A stretch of 62,835 nucleotides of DNA, counting the filler, from Deltaproteobacteria bacterium (GTDB taxonomy: Bacteria > JAEEML01), in assembly GCA_016283195.1 (NCBI GenBank). It is 7 parts of 7 records of this genome, joined end to end, with 100 filler letters (N's around TTAATTAATTAA, not from the genome) between each part and the next. Parts side by side here need not be neighbours in the genome. Positions count along the whole stretch, not along the records: positions 1 to 16,914 come from JAEEML010000033.1; positions 17,015 to 31,619 come from JAEEML010000035.1; 5 more parts are not named here. One strand, given 5' to 3'. The translations under genes and the position numbers were made by a program. How positions within the stretch are numbered: position 1 is the first letter of the stretch; each line of letters starts with the position of its first letter. Positions 8,826 through 17,981 of the stretch are shown here, piece by piece. The notes beneath the pieces were generated by a model. It was not told the DNA's origin. It made no database searches and saw nothing but the letters and a program-made list of their open reading frames with translations.

Positions 8826-10496
8826 TTAAAGGGCGCACAATATAATTACTAAAACTTGGGCCATGATGACGCGCACCAGTAAAGTTAAGGGATAAACGGC
8901 GGCATAACAGACAGAAAGGGCGTCGCTTTTTACCATGTGCGAGGCAAAGGCCAGTGCGGCTGTATCGGTCATAGAACCGGATAAAATGCCCAAAATGGAA
9001 ACATAATCGAGCTTCATCACTCTGTTAGCAAAAATAGCAACAATAACCGGCGGTAACATGGTGATGAGCGCGGCCAGCCCCATCCAGACAAAGCCGTCGC
9101 CGGAGGTAATAGCGCTCCAGAGCAGCGGGCCGGAGACGAGGCCCACACAGGCTAAGAAAAGGGCGAGCCCCAAATCGCGCATCATGGATTTGGCCGGATT
9201 GGGCATATAGGCTACAAAGGGGCCAATCTCCCGTATATTGCCCATAAACATAGCTACGAGCAGCGGGCCGCCGGCGAGGCCCAGCTTGATGGGCGCCGGC
9301 ATTGTGGGAAAGGTGAAGGGAATGCTGCCCACTAAAATGCCCAAGGCAATACCGGTAAATATGGGAGTTAAATGGGTCTCTTCCAGGCTTTTTATGGAGT
9401 CGCCCAAAAAAGCGGCGGCATTATCTATGGCTGTGCTGTGGCCTACCAGCATCAGGCGGTCGCCAAAATGGATGCGCTCATCACTAGAGGGAGTGAACTC
9501 AATGCCGGCTCTTATAATGCGGGTAATAACGACGCCAAAGCGATTGGAGAGGTTTAAATCGCCGATATGGCTGCCGGCGGCCTCGGCTTTGGTTACCACG
9601 ACGCGTCTATAGACAATTTGGCTGGGCAGACTGGGCAGTTCTACTTCGCTGATGCGCCCGACGATGGCGGTGAAACTATCCACCCGCTCCTGAGTGCCCA
9701 CGGCGTGGAGAATATCACCCGCCTGAATGATGGAATCGGCGGTGGCGAGTTTTTGCGTGCCGCTGTGGTAAATTCTGGTGACCACTACTCCCTGGCCGGC
9801 TATTTTGGCTAAGGTGGCAATATCTTTGCCGATGAGATTTTGATTCAAAACATCCACATTGGCACAAACTATAGCCGGAAGCTTGGGCTCATTTTGTTGT
9901 TCAAAGAGTTTTTCCTCTTTGTCCAAATCAATCTTTAGAACATATTTCAGCACAATCATAACCAGGATGAGAAAGAAAATACTGCCCGGATAAGCTACGG
10001 CATAACCGAGGTTAGCTAAAGTGGCATTGCCGGCCTGGCCGGGAAAGGCGCTTAAAGCCTGCTGGGCAGCGCCCAGAGCCGGGGTGGAGGTGACAGCGCC
10101 GGATAAAAGACCGATGGCCAGCGAGACATCCAGCTTACCGATAAGGACAATTAAAACAATAAACAGGGAACCCAGGGCAATAATGGCCAGCGCCAGCAGA
10201 TTAAGCTTTAAGCCCTTCTTTTTTAAAGAGGCTAAAAAGCTGGGCCCCACTTGTAAACCGATGGCGTACAAAAAGAGCGTTAGGCCAAAATCACGCACGA
10301 AATTCAGCATATCGGTGTCCATGGTGATGCCCATCACCCCCAGAAAGAGGCCGGCAAAAAGAACGCCGCTGGTGCCGAGGCTCAGCCCTTTAATTTGCAA
10401 TTGGCCGAGTCCCAGCCCTAAACTGATAACGAGGCACAAAACGAGTAACGATTGTGCCGAGATGCTTTGCGATGCTAAAATAGATATGTTGCTCAT
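8826..10496 (-). CDS. AspT/YidE/YbjL family antiporter with TrkA-C domains
   Basis: FGLTLFLYAIGLQVGPSF, SGAVTSTPALGAA, two TrkA-C-like soluble domains, LGLAGGPLLVA, YAAVYPL. Confidence 0.93.
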   Translation of the reverse strand: MSNISILASQSISAQSLLVLCLVISLGLGLGQLQIKGLSLGTSGVLFAGLFLGVMGITMDTDMLNFVRDFGLTLFLYAIGLQVGPSFLASLKKKGLKLNLLALAIIALGSLFIVLIVLIGKLDVSLAIGLLSGAVTSTPALGAAQQALSAFPGQAGNATLANLGYAVAYPGSIFFLILVMIVLKYVLKIDLDKEEKLFEQQNEPKLPAIVCANVDVLNQNLIGKDIATLAKIAGQGVVVTRIYHSGTQKLATADSIIQAGDILHAVGTQERVDSFTAIVGRISEVELPSLPSQIVYRRVVVTKAEAAGSHIGDLNLSNRFGVVITRIIRAGIEFTPSSDERIHFGDRLMLVGHSTAIDNAAAFLGDSIKSLEETHLTPIFTGIALGILVGSIPFTFPTMPAPIKLGLAGGPLLVAMFMGNIREIGPFVAYMPNPAKSMMRDLGLALFLACVGLVSGPLLWSAITSGDGFVWMGLAALITMLPPVIVAIFANRVMKLDYVSILGILSGSMTDTAALAFASHMVKSDALSVCYAAVYPLTLLVRVIMAQVLVIILCAL

Positions 10497-11986
10497 AAAC
10501 CGGCCTGATTTTTTAAAACAGCAGTTAAATTGCTGAGTTTATCATTTAAATAATTTAAGCCGCTCTGTTTTATCTTGCCCCGTTCTTTAAGCGCGGCGCG
10601 GTAATCGGCTCCAAAAAGTTGCTCTTTGGGGAGCATAGCCAAAATTGAGGGGAGCATAATGGCGACCATGGGCATTTTGGTAAGCTCTTTTAACTTCTGG
10701 TTTTTGTTTAAATCGGCCATGAGGTAGCGGATGGCTTCCTTTGGGCGGCCGCCTTCGTTATATACGGAGGCTAAAGTGCCCTCAGGATTTTCAAAGGGAG
10801 TGTTTATGATGCTGCCCATGGTGGGGCTAAAGAGGCGCAGAGCGGGAATCTTAAGATCTTTATGAGTAATATCGTAATAATAAAGCTTATGCCCGGCACT
10901 TTCCGCCGCTTTAATAAGTACACTTAATTTTTCTTTAAAATCATCAAGATGCCAGGATTTTACCGCGCTGACAGCCAGCGGCTCACCGCTTGCCAGAAAG
11001 TTTTCTGGATTAACGAAATTTAAAAAGCCCATGTGCTGGCGGCCGAATTGCTCATTAAAGAGTGAAAGATCCATGCGCATTTTTTCTTCGGCGGCCACCA
11101 TAATAGCCCGCCCCTCGGCATATTCGGAAAGAGCGCGGTTTATCGCTCTTTCCACCTCCAGGTGTGTGCCCTGGCCGAGGCCCCATTCCAAAATCTTGCC
11201 CTCCTGGTTTAAATCGTGGCCGCGGGCAATAATGGTGGGTATGCCCATAGGTCCGCTTATTTCCAAAAGGTCAAAAGTAATACCCAGTTTTTGGGCCGCG
11301 TCCAGAAAATCCCGGGCATAGGGTGAAGTGATGGTACTCTTTTCGATGAGGCGCCCGGGGCGGCCGTTTAAATAAAGCTGGCGGATATTTTCGCGCTCAA
11401 TTAGCTCGCAAACGGCTTGGGTGGCCGCCTCGATGAGATTGTTGCCGGCCGCCAGCCCGTTGGATGAAAAGAGCGAGCTATGGTAATTAAAAGGATAGTA
11501 ACAAACGGATTCGTCATTTAAACTCTTAGCCGGGAGCCAGCGCAGGGGCACATTTTTGAGATCTTCCAGATATGTGTCAAAAAGCGGGTTTTTTTCGGCC
11601 CTTGCGGTAAAGTTCATAAAAAAATAGCTTTCCGGTACCAGCGGCAGGCCCTCGGCCTGTAAATCATTGTATGAGGCATAGCGGTAATTAGGGTCGTTTT
11701 CATAATCAAAATCCAGCCAGGAGAGGCGCTCGATGCACTCCATGGCCGCGCTGGCCCGCGCCTGAGATGCAGTTAAACCTTTGCCGCTGCCAAAAGCCCA
11801 GCCGGCATGCACTTCTGCAGAATAACTGCCGGGAATTATTGGAGATCTGTCGATGACTCGCACAGAGTCGCCATGCCATTTGGTGAGCACTTCTTCGGCT
11901 TTTATTTTGGTTTCTTCGGGATTTAAGGCTTTATCTTGATCGGTGCTATGGCGCACCATGCTTTCATCGGCGGAAAAAATAGTCAT
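10493..11986 (-). CDS. YcaO-like family protein
   Basis: GSGKGLTASQARASAAMECIER, SSNGLAAGNNLIEAATQAVCELIER and RALSE motifs. Overlaps the antiporter gene by 4 bp. Confidence 0.88.
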   Translation of the reverse strand: MTIFSADESMVRHSTDQDKALNPEETKIKAEEVLTKWHGDSVRVIDRSPIIPGSYSAEVHAGWAFGSGKGLTASQARASAAMECIERLSWLDFDYENDPNYRYASYNDLQAEGLPLVPESYFFMNFTARAEKNPLFDTYLEDLKNVPLRWLPAKSLNDESVCYYPFNYHSSLFSSNGLAAGNNLIEAATQAVCELIERENIRQLYLNGRPGRLIEKSTITSPYARDFLDAAQKLGITFDLLEISGPMGIPTIIARGHDLNQEGKILEWGLGQGTHLEVERAINRALSEYAEGRAIMVAAEEKMRMDLSLFNEQFGRQHMGFLNFVNPENFLASGEPLAVSAVKSWHLDDFKEKLSVLIKAAESAGHKLYYYDITHKDLKIPALRLFSPTMGSIINTPFENPEGTLASVYNEGGRPKEAIRYLMADLNKNQKLKELTKMPMVAIMLPSILAMLPKEQLFGADYRAALKERGKIKQSGLNYLNDKLSNLTAVLKNQAGL

Positions 11987-12094
11987 CTTTTACCTCCCGC
12001 ACAGCCTAGCTACTCATAAGCCAACTTTAATATAAAGTGCAGCCTAATTTTGCCTGAAGGCAAAAAAAAGTGCCACTTTGTAAAAGGTATATAA

Positions 12095-13489
12095 CTACTT
12101 CTGCGTCAAATTATTTTCCCGCTTTTTCAGGCGGATTAAAAATAATAGACCGCGGAGTGAAAGTTCCATGGCCATAGTCCCCCAAACTCCGGGGAGGCCG
12201 TACTTTTGGGCCATAAAAAAGGCCAGTGGCAAGCGAATGAACCACATGGTTGAAGAATTAATAATGGTGGGCACCAAGGTGTCTCCGGCACCGCGAAATA
12301 CGCCGCTGATAATGATAGAGGCAGCGTAAAGCGGCTCGGCAAAAGCTTCGATGCGCAGCACGGTTGTTCCCAAAGTGCGCACGGCAGTATCCGGTGAAAG
12401 CAGGCCTATAACAAAGGGGGCACTAAGATACATAAGAAGCCCCATAAAACTCATAATTATCATGCCCATAACGGTGGAAAACCAGCTGATCTTTTTGGTG
12501 AGATCATGGCGAAAGGCGCCAATACTCTGGCCTATTAAAGTAGTAGCGGCAGCGGCAATGCCATAGCCCGGCATATAGCAGAGTCCCTCGATGGTGACAG
12601 CGAAAGAATTGGCGGCGAGGGCAGCCATGCCCAGGGGGGCAATTATTTTGGTGGCGGCAATTTGGGCTCCGCACATGATGATTTGTTCCAGGCCTACAGG
12701 CAGGGCTATTTTAAAAGCTTTTTGCAGAATGTGGGGCGCAAAAGTGAATTTTTCCCCTCTCCTTATGGCGAGTTCCGGCGATTTTATGAGCAGAAAATAG
12801 AGTACGAAAACGGCAATAATGAGCTCTGAAATTGCTGTGCCGAGAGCAGCGCCGGTGACGCCTAAATCGGCGCCGGGCAGAGTGACGGTCAGCGGGCCGA
12901 AATGGTAAGCGGCAGTGGGAAAAATAAGTAGAGCATTAAAAAGCACATCGAGAATGCCGGCAAAAATATTTAATAGGCTCGGTGTTTTCATGTTGCCGCT
13001 GCTTTGCAGCATGCCACAGCCGATGGAATGAATCTGCAGCAGCGGTTGCATTAAAACAAAAATGAGAAAATAGCGTCCGGCGTCCTCGGTAATAGCCGCC
13101 TCTCCGCCCAGCCAGGTAGGCAGGGAAAAGCTTATAGCCGAGCCGATGGCGGCCACCAGAAAGCTCAAAATGAGGGCGCTAATGAGGCCATGGCGCACTA
13201 TTTGCCGGGCCGTTTTTTCCTCTTTGGCTCCGATGGCCTGGGCCACCTGTACATTAAAACCGATGCTGACCGCCATAGAGAGGCCAAAGAGCAGCCAGGT
13301 ACTGGTAGCCACAAGGCCGATAGCCGCGGCTGCCTGCGAGCTCAAATGGCCTACCATGGCTGCATCAATGAACTCCATGATGATGGAGGACAAATTGGCC
13401 ATAATAGCCGGGAAGCTAAGAGTGGCAATGAGTTTTATTAAATCCAGCGAAGAGAGGCGCTCATGATTTCTAAGGCGCTCCAGTGACAT
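12095..13489 (-). CDS. MATE family efflux transporter
   Basis: About 12 TM segments, DAAMVGHL, GNMKTP, LGVTGAALGT, FRGAGDT. Confidence 0.93.
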   Translation of the reverse strand: MSLERLRNHERLSSLDLIKLIATLSFPAIMANLSSIIMEFIDAAMVGHLSSQAAAAIGLVATSTWLLFGLSMAVSIGFNVQVAQAIGAKEEKTARQIVRHGLISALILSFLVAAIGSAISFSLPTWLGGEAAITEDAGRYFLIFVLMQPLLQIHSIGCGMLQSSGNMKTPSLLNIFAGILDVLFNALLIFPTAAYHFGPLTVTLPGADLGVTGAALGTAISELIIAVFVLYFLLIKSPELAIRRGEKFTFAPHILQKAFKIALPVGLEQIIMCGAQIAATKIIAPLGMAALAANSFAVTIEGLCYMPGYGIAAAATTLIGQSIGAFRHDLTKKISWFSTVMGMIIMSFMGLLMYLSAPFVIGLLSPDTAVRTLGTTVLRIEAFAEPLYAASIIISGVFRGAGDTLVPTIINSSTMWFIRLPLAFFMAQKYGLPGVWGTMAMELSLRGLLFLIRLKKRENNLTQK

Positions 13490-13521
13490 AAATAAACCTT
13501 ATTCCCGTCTTTTATCGGTAA

Positions 13522-14259
13522 TCATAGCCTATAGGTATAAGTGAGCCCCAAGATAGTCATATCAGCATCATTTTTATTAGCTATTTCCACATTATGTTCC
13601 ACAAATAGGCCCAGCGAATTCTGCCGCCCCAGGAGGTAATCGGCGCCTAAGAAAAATTTCACTTTTATGACGGCAAAAGAGGCAGCCAGATCATTATATA
13701 ATTCTGCACCGAAAAAGGGAGTGAGGCCGATTTTAGTGATATTATATTCGCCCATGAGGCGGCTGCGCAGATTATGTGTGGTTTTAGCTTTTTTTATTTC
13801 TTGCGCTTCATAGCCGTTACTATCCTGCCCGTTTATTATTACCTCGGTGCGATGAGTGAGTTGATAGCGCTCTCTTAGCGAAAGTTTAAAATTCTTTATG
13901 GGCCAAATGGCGCTCAGTGAGGCGTAAAAGCGATGGCGCGGTGAGCTATAGGCTTCCTGTTTCTCGCCTTTTTGCGTAACGGCTGCCGGGATATAGCGGT
14001 CGATAAATACATAGCCGGTATCGATTTTTAAATATTGCAGCGGCGCATAACTTAGAGCCGGCTCAATAGCCAGGCGCTCAAGCTCATGGGACTTATGCTG
14101 GGTCTTTAGCTCAAAGCCGGCGCCGATAGTTAAATCCTTAAGCAATTTTTGCTTAACACCGGCGGTAAAATCCAGGCCGAAATCATTAGCGGCCAGCGCC
14201 TTGGCCGGAAAGCTTAATAAGAGTACAAAAACAAATATTTTAAGTAAGTTAGTCGCCAT
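13522..14259 (-). CDS. DUF2490-like outer-membrane beta-barrel protein
   Basis: Signal peptide, PRHR and LRERYQ motifs, alternating beta-strand pattern, C-terminal YTYRL. Confidence 0.75.
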   Translation of the reverse strand: MATNLLKIFVFVLLLSFPAKALAANDFGLDFTAGVKQKLLKDLTIGAGFELKTQHKSHELERLAIEPALSYAPLQYLKIDTGYVFIDRYIPAAVTQKGEKQEAYSSPRHRFYASLSAIWPIKNFKLSLRERYQLTHRTEVIINGQDSNGYEAQEIKKAKTTHNLRSRLMGEYNITKIGLTPFFGAELYNDLAASFAVIKVKFFLGADYLLGRQNSLGLFVEHNVEIANKNDADMTILGLTYTYRL

Positions 14260-14304
14260 TATGCTTCTCTTGTCGGGAAGTTGCGGCTCAGTAGGCCCAA
14301 ATGT

Positions 14305-15777
14305 TTAAATTTCGTATCGTTGCAAGATTTTCTTTATTTCCGCAGCCATATCAGAGCGTGCTACCGTTACCTGCGCCGGCTGTTCGCGCCACTCTTCGCG
14401 CGAGGAGATGCCCTTGGCCAGCTCGGTGCCGAGGTACATATCTTTTATAGAAACAGTGCCGGCGGCAAATTCATCGCTACCGGCCACGATGATGGCCGGG
14501 GAACGGCGTTTATCGGCATATTTCATCTGCGCTCTAAAGCCGGAAGTGCCAAGGTAAAGCTCGCTTCTGATGCCACTACTTCTTAGTTCGGCTACCATTT
14601 TTTGATATTCCGGCAGGGCCTCTTTATCCATCACGGTGACGAGGACCGGCCCGGCCGGCGGTTCATTTTTAGCCACTCCCTTGGCGATGAGGGCCGAGAG
14701 CAGGCGGTCGATGCCGATACTGGCTCCGGTTGCCGGCACCCGCTCTTTGGTAAAGCGCGAGAGCAGGCCGTCATAGCGCCCGCCGCCGGCGACCGCCCCA
14801 AATTGGCGCTTTTCGCCTTTTTCATCAGTTATTTCAAAGGTGAGAGTGGCTTCATAAACAATGCCGGTATAATAAGCGAGGCCGCGCACAATGGCGGGAT
14901 CAAAGCGCACCACCCGGCTACTTAGGCCGGCACTTTCTAAAAGAGCGTCCATCTGGCGCAGCTCGGCTACACCTTCCAAGCCGATGGCGCTGCCCTCCAC
15001 CAGTTTTTCCAAATTGGCGCAAACTTCCTGGCGGCTTTCGGCGCCGGCGGAGAGGAAGGAGCAGATTTGCTCAATCTGGCTCTCGTCCAAGTGGGCCCCG
15101 GCTGTGAAGTCACCCGATTCGTCTTTGCGGCCAGGGCCCAGGAGGAGACGCACTCCGCTAAGCCCCAGGCGGTCCAGCTTATCTATAGCCCGGAGAATGG
15201 TGAGATGGCGGCCGCTGCCGTCATCCTCTTTTATGCCGATAGTCTCCAAAATGCCGCTTAAAATCTTGCGATTGCTTACAGAGATTAGAAAGTCATTTTC
15301 CAGCCCCAGGGCACTAAAGGCAGTGGCCAAAATGGTGCACACTTCGGCATCGGCCGCCGGGCTGGCGCTGCCCACGGTATCAAAATCGCACTGATAGAAC
15401 TCTCTAAAGCGCCCGGGGCCGGGCTTTTCCATGCGCCAGACCGGCCCAATGGCATAACGGCGAAAGATAGCTGGCAGATTCTGGCGATTTTGGGCCACAT
15501 AGCGAGCCAGCGGGGCCGTCATGTCATAGCGCAAAGCTATCCATTCATCGTCATCATCTTTTAGGGCAAAAATCCCAGCCATGGGGGTAGATTGCTCCGG
15601 CAGATTTTTGCCCAGGGCATCCACATATTCCATTGAGGGCGTCATGAGCGGTTCAAAGCCGTATAGGCGGTATATAGCGCTGATTTTGGCGATCATGGCC
15701 TCACGGGCCATGAGCTCACCGGCTGCTATACCGCGACAACCGCGGGCTATTCTGGCCGCTACTTTCTTTTCTTCCAT
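14305..15777 (-). CDS. hisS: Histidyl-tRNA synthetase
   Basis: LRYDMTAPLARY, GRFREFYQCDFD, RGLAYYTG, GGGRYDGL, QMKYADKR. Confidence 0.97.
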   Translation of the reverse strand: MEEKKVAARIARGCRGIAAGELMAREAMIAKISAIYRLYGFEPLMTPSMEYVDALGKNLPEQSTPMAGIFALKDDDDEWIALRYDMTAPLARYVAQNRQNLPAIFRRYAIGPVWRMEKPGPGRFREFYQCDFDTVGSASPAADAEVCTILATAFSALGLENDFLISVSNRKILSGILETIGIKEDDGSGRHLTILRAIDKLDRLGLSGVRLLLGPGRKDESGDFTAGAHLDESQIEQICSFLSAGAESRQEVCANLEKLVEGSAIGLEGVAELRQMDALLESAGLSSRVVRFDPAIVRGLAYYTGIVYEATLTFEITDEKGEKRQFGAVAGGGRYDGLLSRFTKERVPATGASIGIDRLLSALIAKGVAKNEPPAGPVLVTVMDKEALPEYQKMVAELRSSGIRSELYLGTSGFRAQMKYADKRRSPAIIVAGSDEFAAGTVSIKDMYLGTELAKGISSREEWREQPAQVTVARSDMAAEIKKILQRYEI

Positions 15778-15813
15778 TTTGGGCTCCTGTGCGGAATAAC
15801 GAAGTCTTTAGGT

Positions 15814-15846
15814 AAAAAAAAAGGCCACCGAAGTGGCCTAATATTT
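15814..15846 (-). terminator. Intrinsic terminator downstream of tRNA-Ala
   Basis: On the minus strand, AGGCCAC-TTCG-GTGGCCT hairpin followed by a long T run. Confidence 0.8.
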
Positions 15847-15852
15847 GAAATT

Positions 15853-15928
15853 TGGTGGAGCTGAACGGGATCGAACCGTCGGCCTTCTGAATGCCATTCA
15901 GACGCTCTCCCAGCTGAGCTACAGCCCC
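15853..15928 (-). tRNA. tRNA-Ala(GGC)
   Basis: GGGGCTGTAGCTCAGCTGGGAGAGCG...AATGGCATT...GGTTCGATCCCG...CTCCACCA, 76 nt. Confidence 0.97.
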
Positions 15929-16080
15929 AAGCCGAGGAGGGATAATATTCATCTTGGTTTTAATGTCAACATTTTTTTTCACATTTTTTCACTTTTTTTT
16001 TCTCTTCAGCGCTTAACTTTGATTTTCAAAAGGCTTTTTTTATGCAAAAAGAGTTTTTAGGCCTGTTGGGGAGGTTTTTT

Positions 16081-16875
16081 ATGGATTGGAAAGAAACAGC
16101 CGGGAGGCGCTTTTTTGAACTTTTAAGCGTAATGGAAACCTTGCGCGGCTCTACGGGGTGCCCTTGGGATAAAGAGCAAACGCTTAAGAGCTTAAAAGCC
16201 TACCTTTTGGAAGAAACTTATGAAGTTTTGGAAGCCATGGATGACAAAAAGGCTCACCTGGAAGAACTTGGGGACCTTTTATTGCAAATTGTCTTTCAAA
16301 GTGAAATTCGCCGCGAGGCCGGTGATTTTGATGCCGGTGATGTGGCCGGAGCCATTACAGAAAAACTAAAGCGCCGGCACCCCCATATTTTTGGCTCCGA
16401 AAGCGCGGAAAACAGCGCGGCGGTAAAGGTTCGCTGGGAGGAAATAAAAGCGGCCGAACGGCGAAATTCCGGGAAGAAGAGCGGCATTTTGGCGGGGATT
16501 CCTAAGGCTCTGCCGCAGCTACTGCGCGCCTATCGCATTGGTGAACGGGCTGCCCGCCAGAGTTTCGACTGGCCGGATTTAGAAGGTGTTTGGGCCAAAG
16601 TGGCCGAGGAAACCGCTGAGCTCAAAGAGGCTATAGCCGAAAATGATAAAAAGCATATCGAGCATGAGTTTGGTGATTTAATTATGGCGCTGGTTAATTT
16701 GGGGCGGCACCTCGGTGTTAACCCGGAAGAGGCGTTAAGGCTGGCTAACGAGCGCTTTATTGCCCGCTTTTCCTATGTGGAAGAGGCGGTGGAAAAAGAG
16801 GGCGGCAAGATGAATGAAACCCCTTTGAACCATTTGGAAGAGCTCTGGCAAGAGGCCAAAAAGAGCGGCTGCTAA
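16081..16875 (+). CDS. mazG: Nucleoside triphosphate pyrophosphohydrolase MazG
   Basis: GCPWDKEQT, EETYEV, EELGDLLLQ, RRHPHIF and a second domain with EFGDL. The ATG at 16081 follows GGAGG. Confidence 0.95.
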   Translation: MDWKETAGRRFFELLSVMETLRGSTGCPWDKEQTLKSLKAYLLEETYEVLEAMDDKKAHLEELGDLLLQIVFQSEIRREAGDFDAGDVAGAITEKLKRRHPHIFGSESAENSAAVKVRWEEIKAAERRNSGKKSGILAGIPKALPQLLRAYRIGERAARQSFDWPDLEGVWAKVAEETAELKEAIAENDKKHIEHEFGDLIMALVNLGRHLGVNPEEALRLANERFIARFSYVEEAVEKEGGKMNETPLNHLEELWQEAKKSGC

Positions 16876-16914
16876 CTTTTATTATCTGCCTTATGCCTTA
16901 GATTGATATTGCGG

Positions 16915-17014
16915 NNNNNNNNNNNNNNNNNNNNNNNNNNNNNNNNNNNNNNNNNNNNTTAATTAATTAANNNNNNNNNNNNNNNNNNNNNNNNNNNNNN
17001 NNNNNNNNNNNNNN
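16915..17014. other. Artificial contig linker; the same linker occurs at 31620-31719, 36927-37026, 45477-45576, 51189-51288 and 58524-58623
   Basis: 100-nt N run with a central TTAATTAATTAA six-frame stop, repeated six times. Confidence 0.98.
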
Positions 17015-17968
17015 GGCGGCTCTTACTGCCCGCATGACCTCACTTGCATCGGCGGCGTTTGTAAAGAGAGCTCTTGGGATGATTCTTGCGAAAACGGCGG
17101 CTCTTATTGCCCGCATGAACTCTCCTGCATTGATGGTGCTTGCCGCGCTTTAAGCGGCGATGAACCCTGCGAACAGGGCGGCTCTTACTGCCCGCACGGT
17201 GAAGCTTGTATCAATAAGAAATGTCAGCTTTTTAGCGAAGATAACACCTGTAGTCCAACTAATCCTAATGGTTATTGCGCCCACGACAAAGTATGTGTAA
17301 GCGGCATTTGCCAGGAATATGTGCCCTCAGAAGAGTGTAGCTGCGAGAAGCCCTCCGGCCAGTGTACTCAGGGCTCAGCTTGTGACTGCCCAGATGATGA
17401 CCCGGCCACCTGCACAGCGGAAAATTGCGCTTGTAAAGCAACTGTTATTTTCTGCGACGATGCCCACACCGATGGCGTTTGTCTCGAAAGCGGCACTTCC
17501 TGTATAGCCGGCAAATGCCTCTACCCTTGCAGTAGCGAGCACAACGGCTATTGCGCCGGCGGTTTGGAGTGCATAGAAGGCTCCTGCGGCGTGCGCTGCT
17601 CGCCGGAAGCGCCAAACGGTTACTGCCCCGCCGGTTTCGGCTGCATAGAAGGCTCCTGCCGCGGCGATTGTTCACCGGAATTACTCAACGGCTGGTGTCC
17701 TGGAGATAATGTATGTAAAGAAAATGGTGTTTGCGGGCCTAAAGATGCCGCTACAGATGATGGGAACAGTGATGGAAAAAGCGATGACGATGGCACTAAT
17801 ACCGACTTGCCCCCAGCTCCCGAGCCGGGGCGGAGTGATAGTGATGATAACAGCACTCAGCCAAAGAGCGGCTGCGACTGCCACGGCGCCGGCTCCCCGG
17901 CCGATATTTGGCCCGCAGCTCTTTACGGCTTATGGTTTATCTTTAAACGCCGCCGCGTAATTCTTTAA
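17015..17968 (+). CDS. Cys-rich repeat surface protein with MYXO-CTERM-like sorting tail, copy 1, 5'-truncated by the gap
   Basis: Frame open from the contig edge (GGSYCPHDLTCIGGVC...). CSxxxPxGxC repeats, Asp/Pro linker, tail KSGCDCHGAGSPADIWPAALYGLWFIFKRRR. Confidence 0.85.
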   Translation, partial: GGSYCPHDLTCIGGVCKESSWDDSCENGGSYCPHELSCIDGACRALSGDEPCEQGGSYCPHGEACINKKCQLFSEDNTCSPTNPNGYCAHDKVCVSGICQEYVPSEECSCEKPSGQCTQGSACDCPDDDPATCTAENCACKATVIFCDDAHTDGVCLESGTSCIAGKCLYPCSSEHNGYCAGGLECIEGSCGVRCSPEAPNGYCPAGFGCIEGSCRGDCSPELLNGWCPGDNVCKENGVCGPKDAATDDGNSDGKSDDDGTNTDLPPAPEPGRSDSDDNSTQPKSGCDCHGAGSPADIWPAALYGLWFIFKRRRVIL

Positions 17969-17981
17969 GGTGAGGCAAATA

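Noticed and set aside
12058-12076. Sigma54-like TGGCAC...GC upstream of ycaO
   Set aside because: GG-to-GC spacing is 11 nt, not the required 10.
16915-17014. TTAATTAATTAA repeated six times, a possible regular repeat system
   Set aside because: Always centred in a 100-nt N block, so it is an artificial six-frame-stop linker. Gene neighbourhoods across it were not interpreted.
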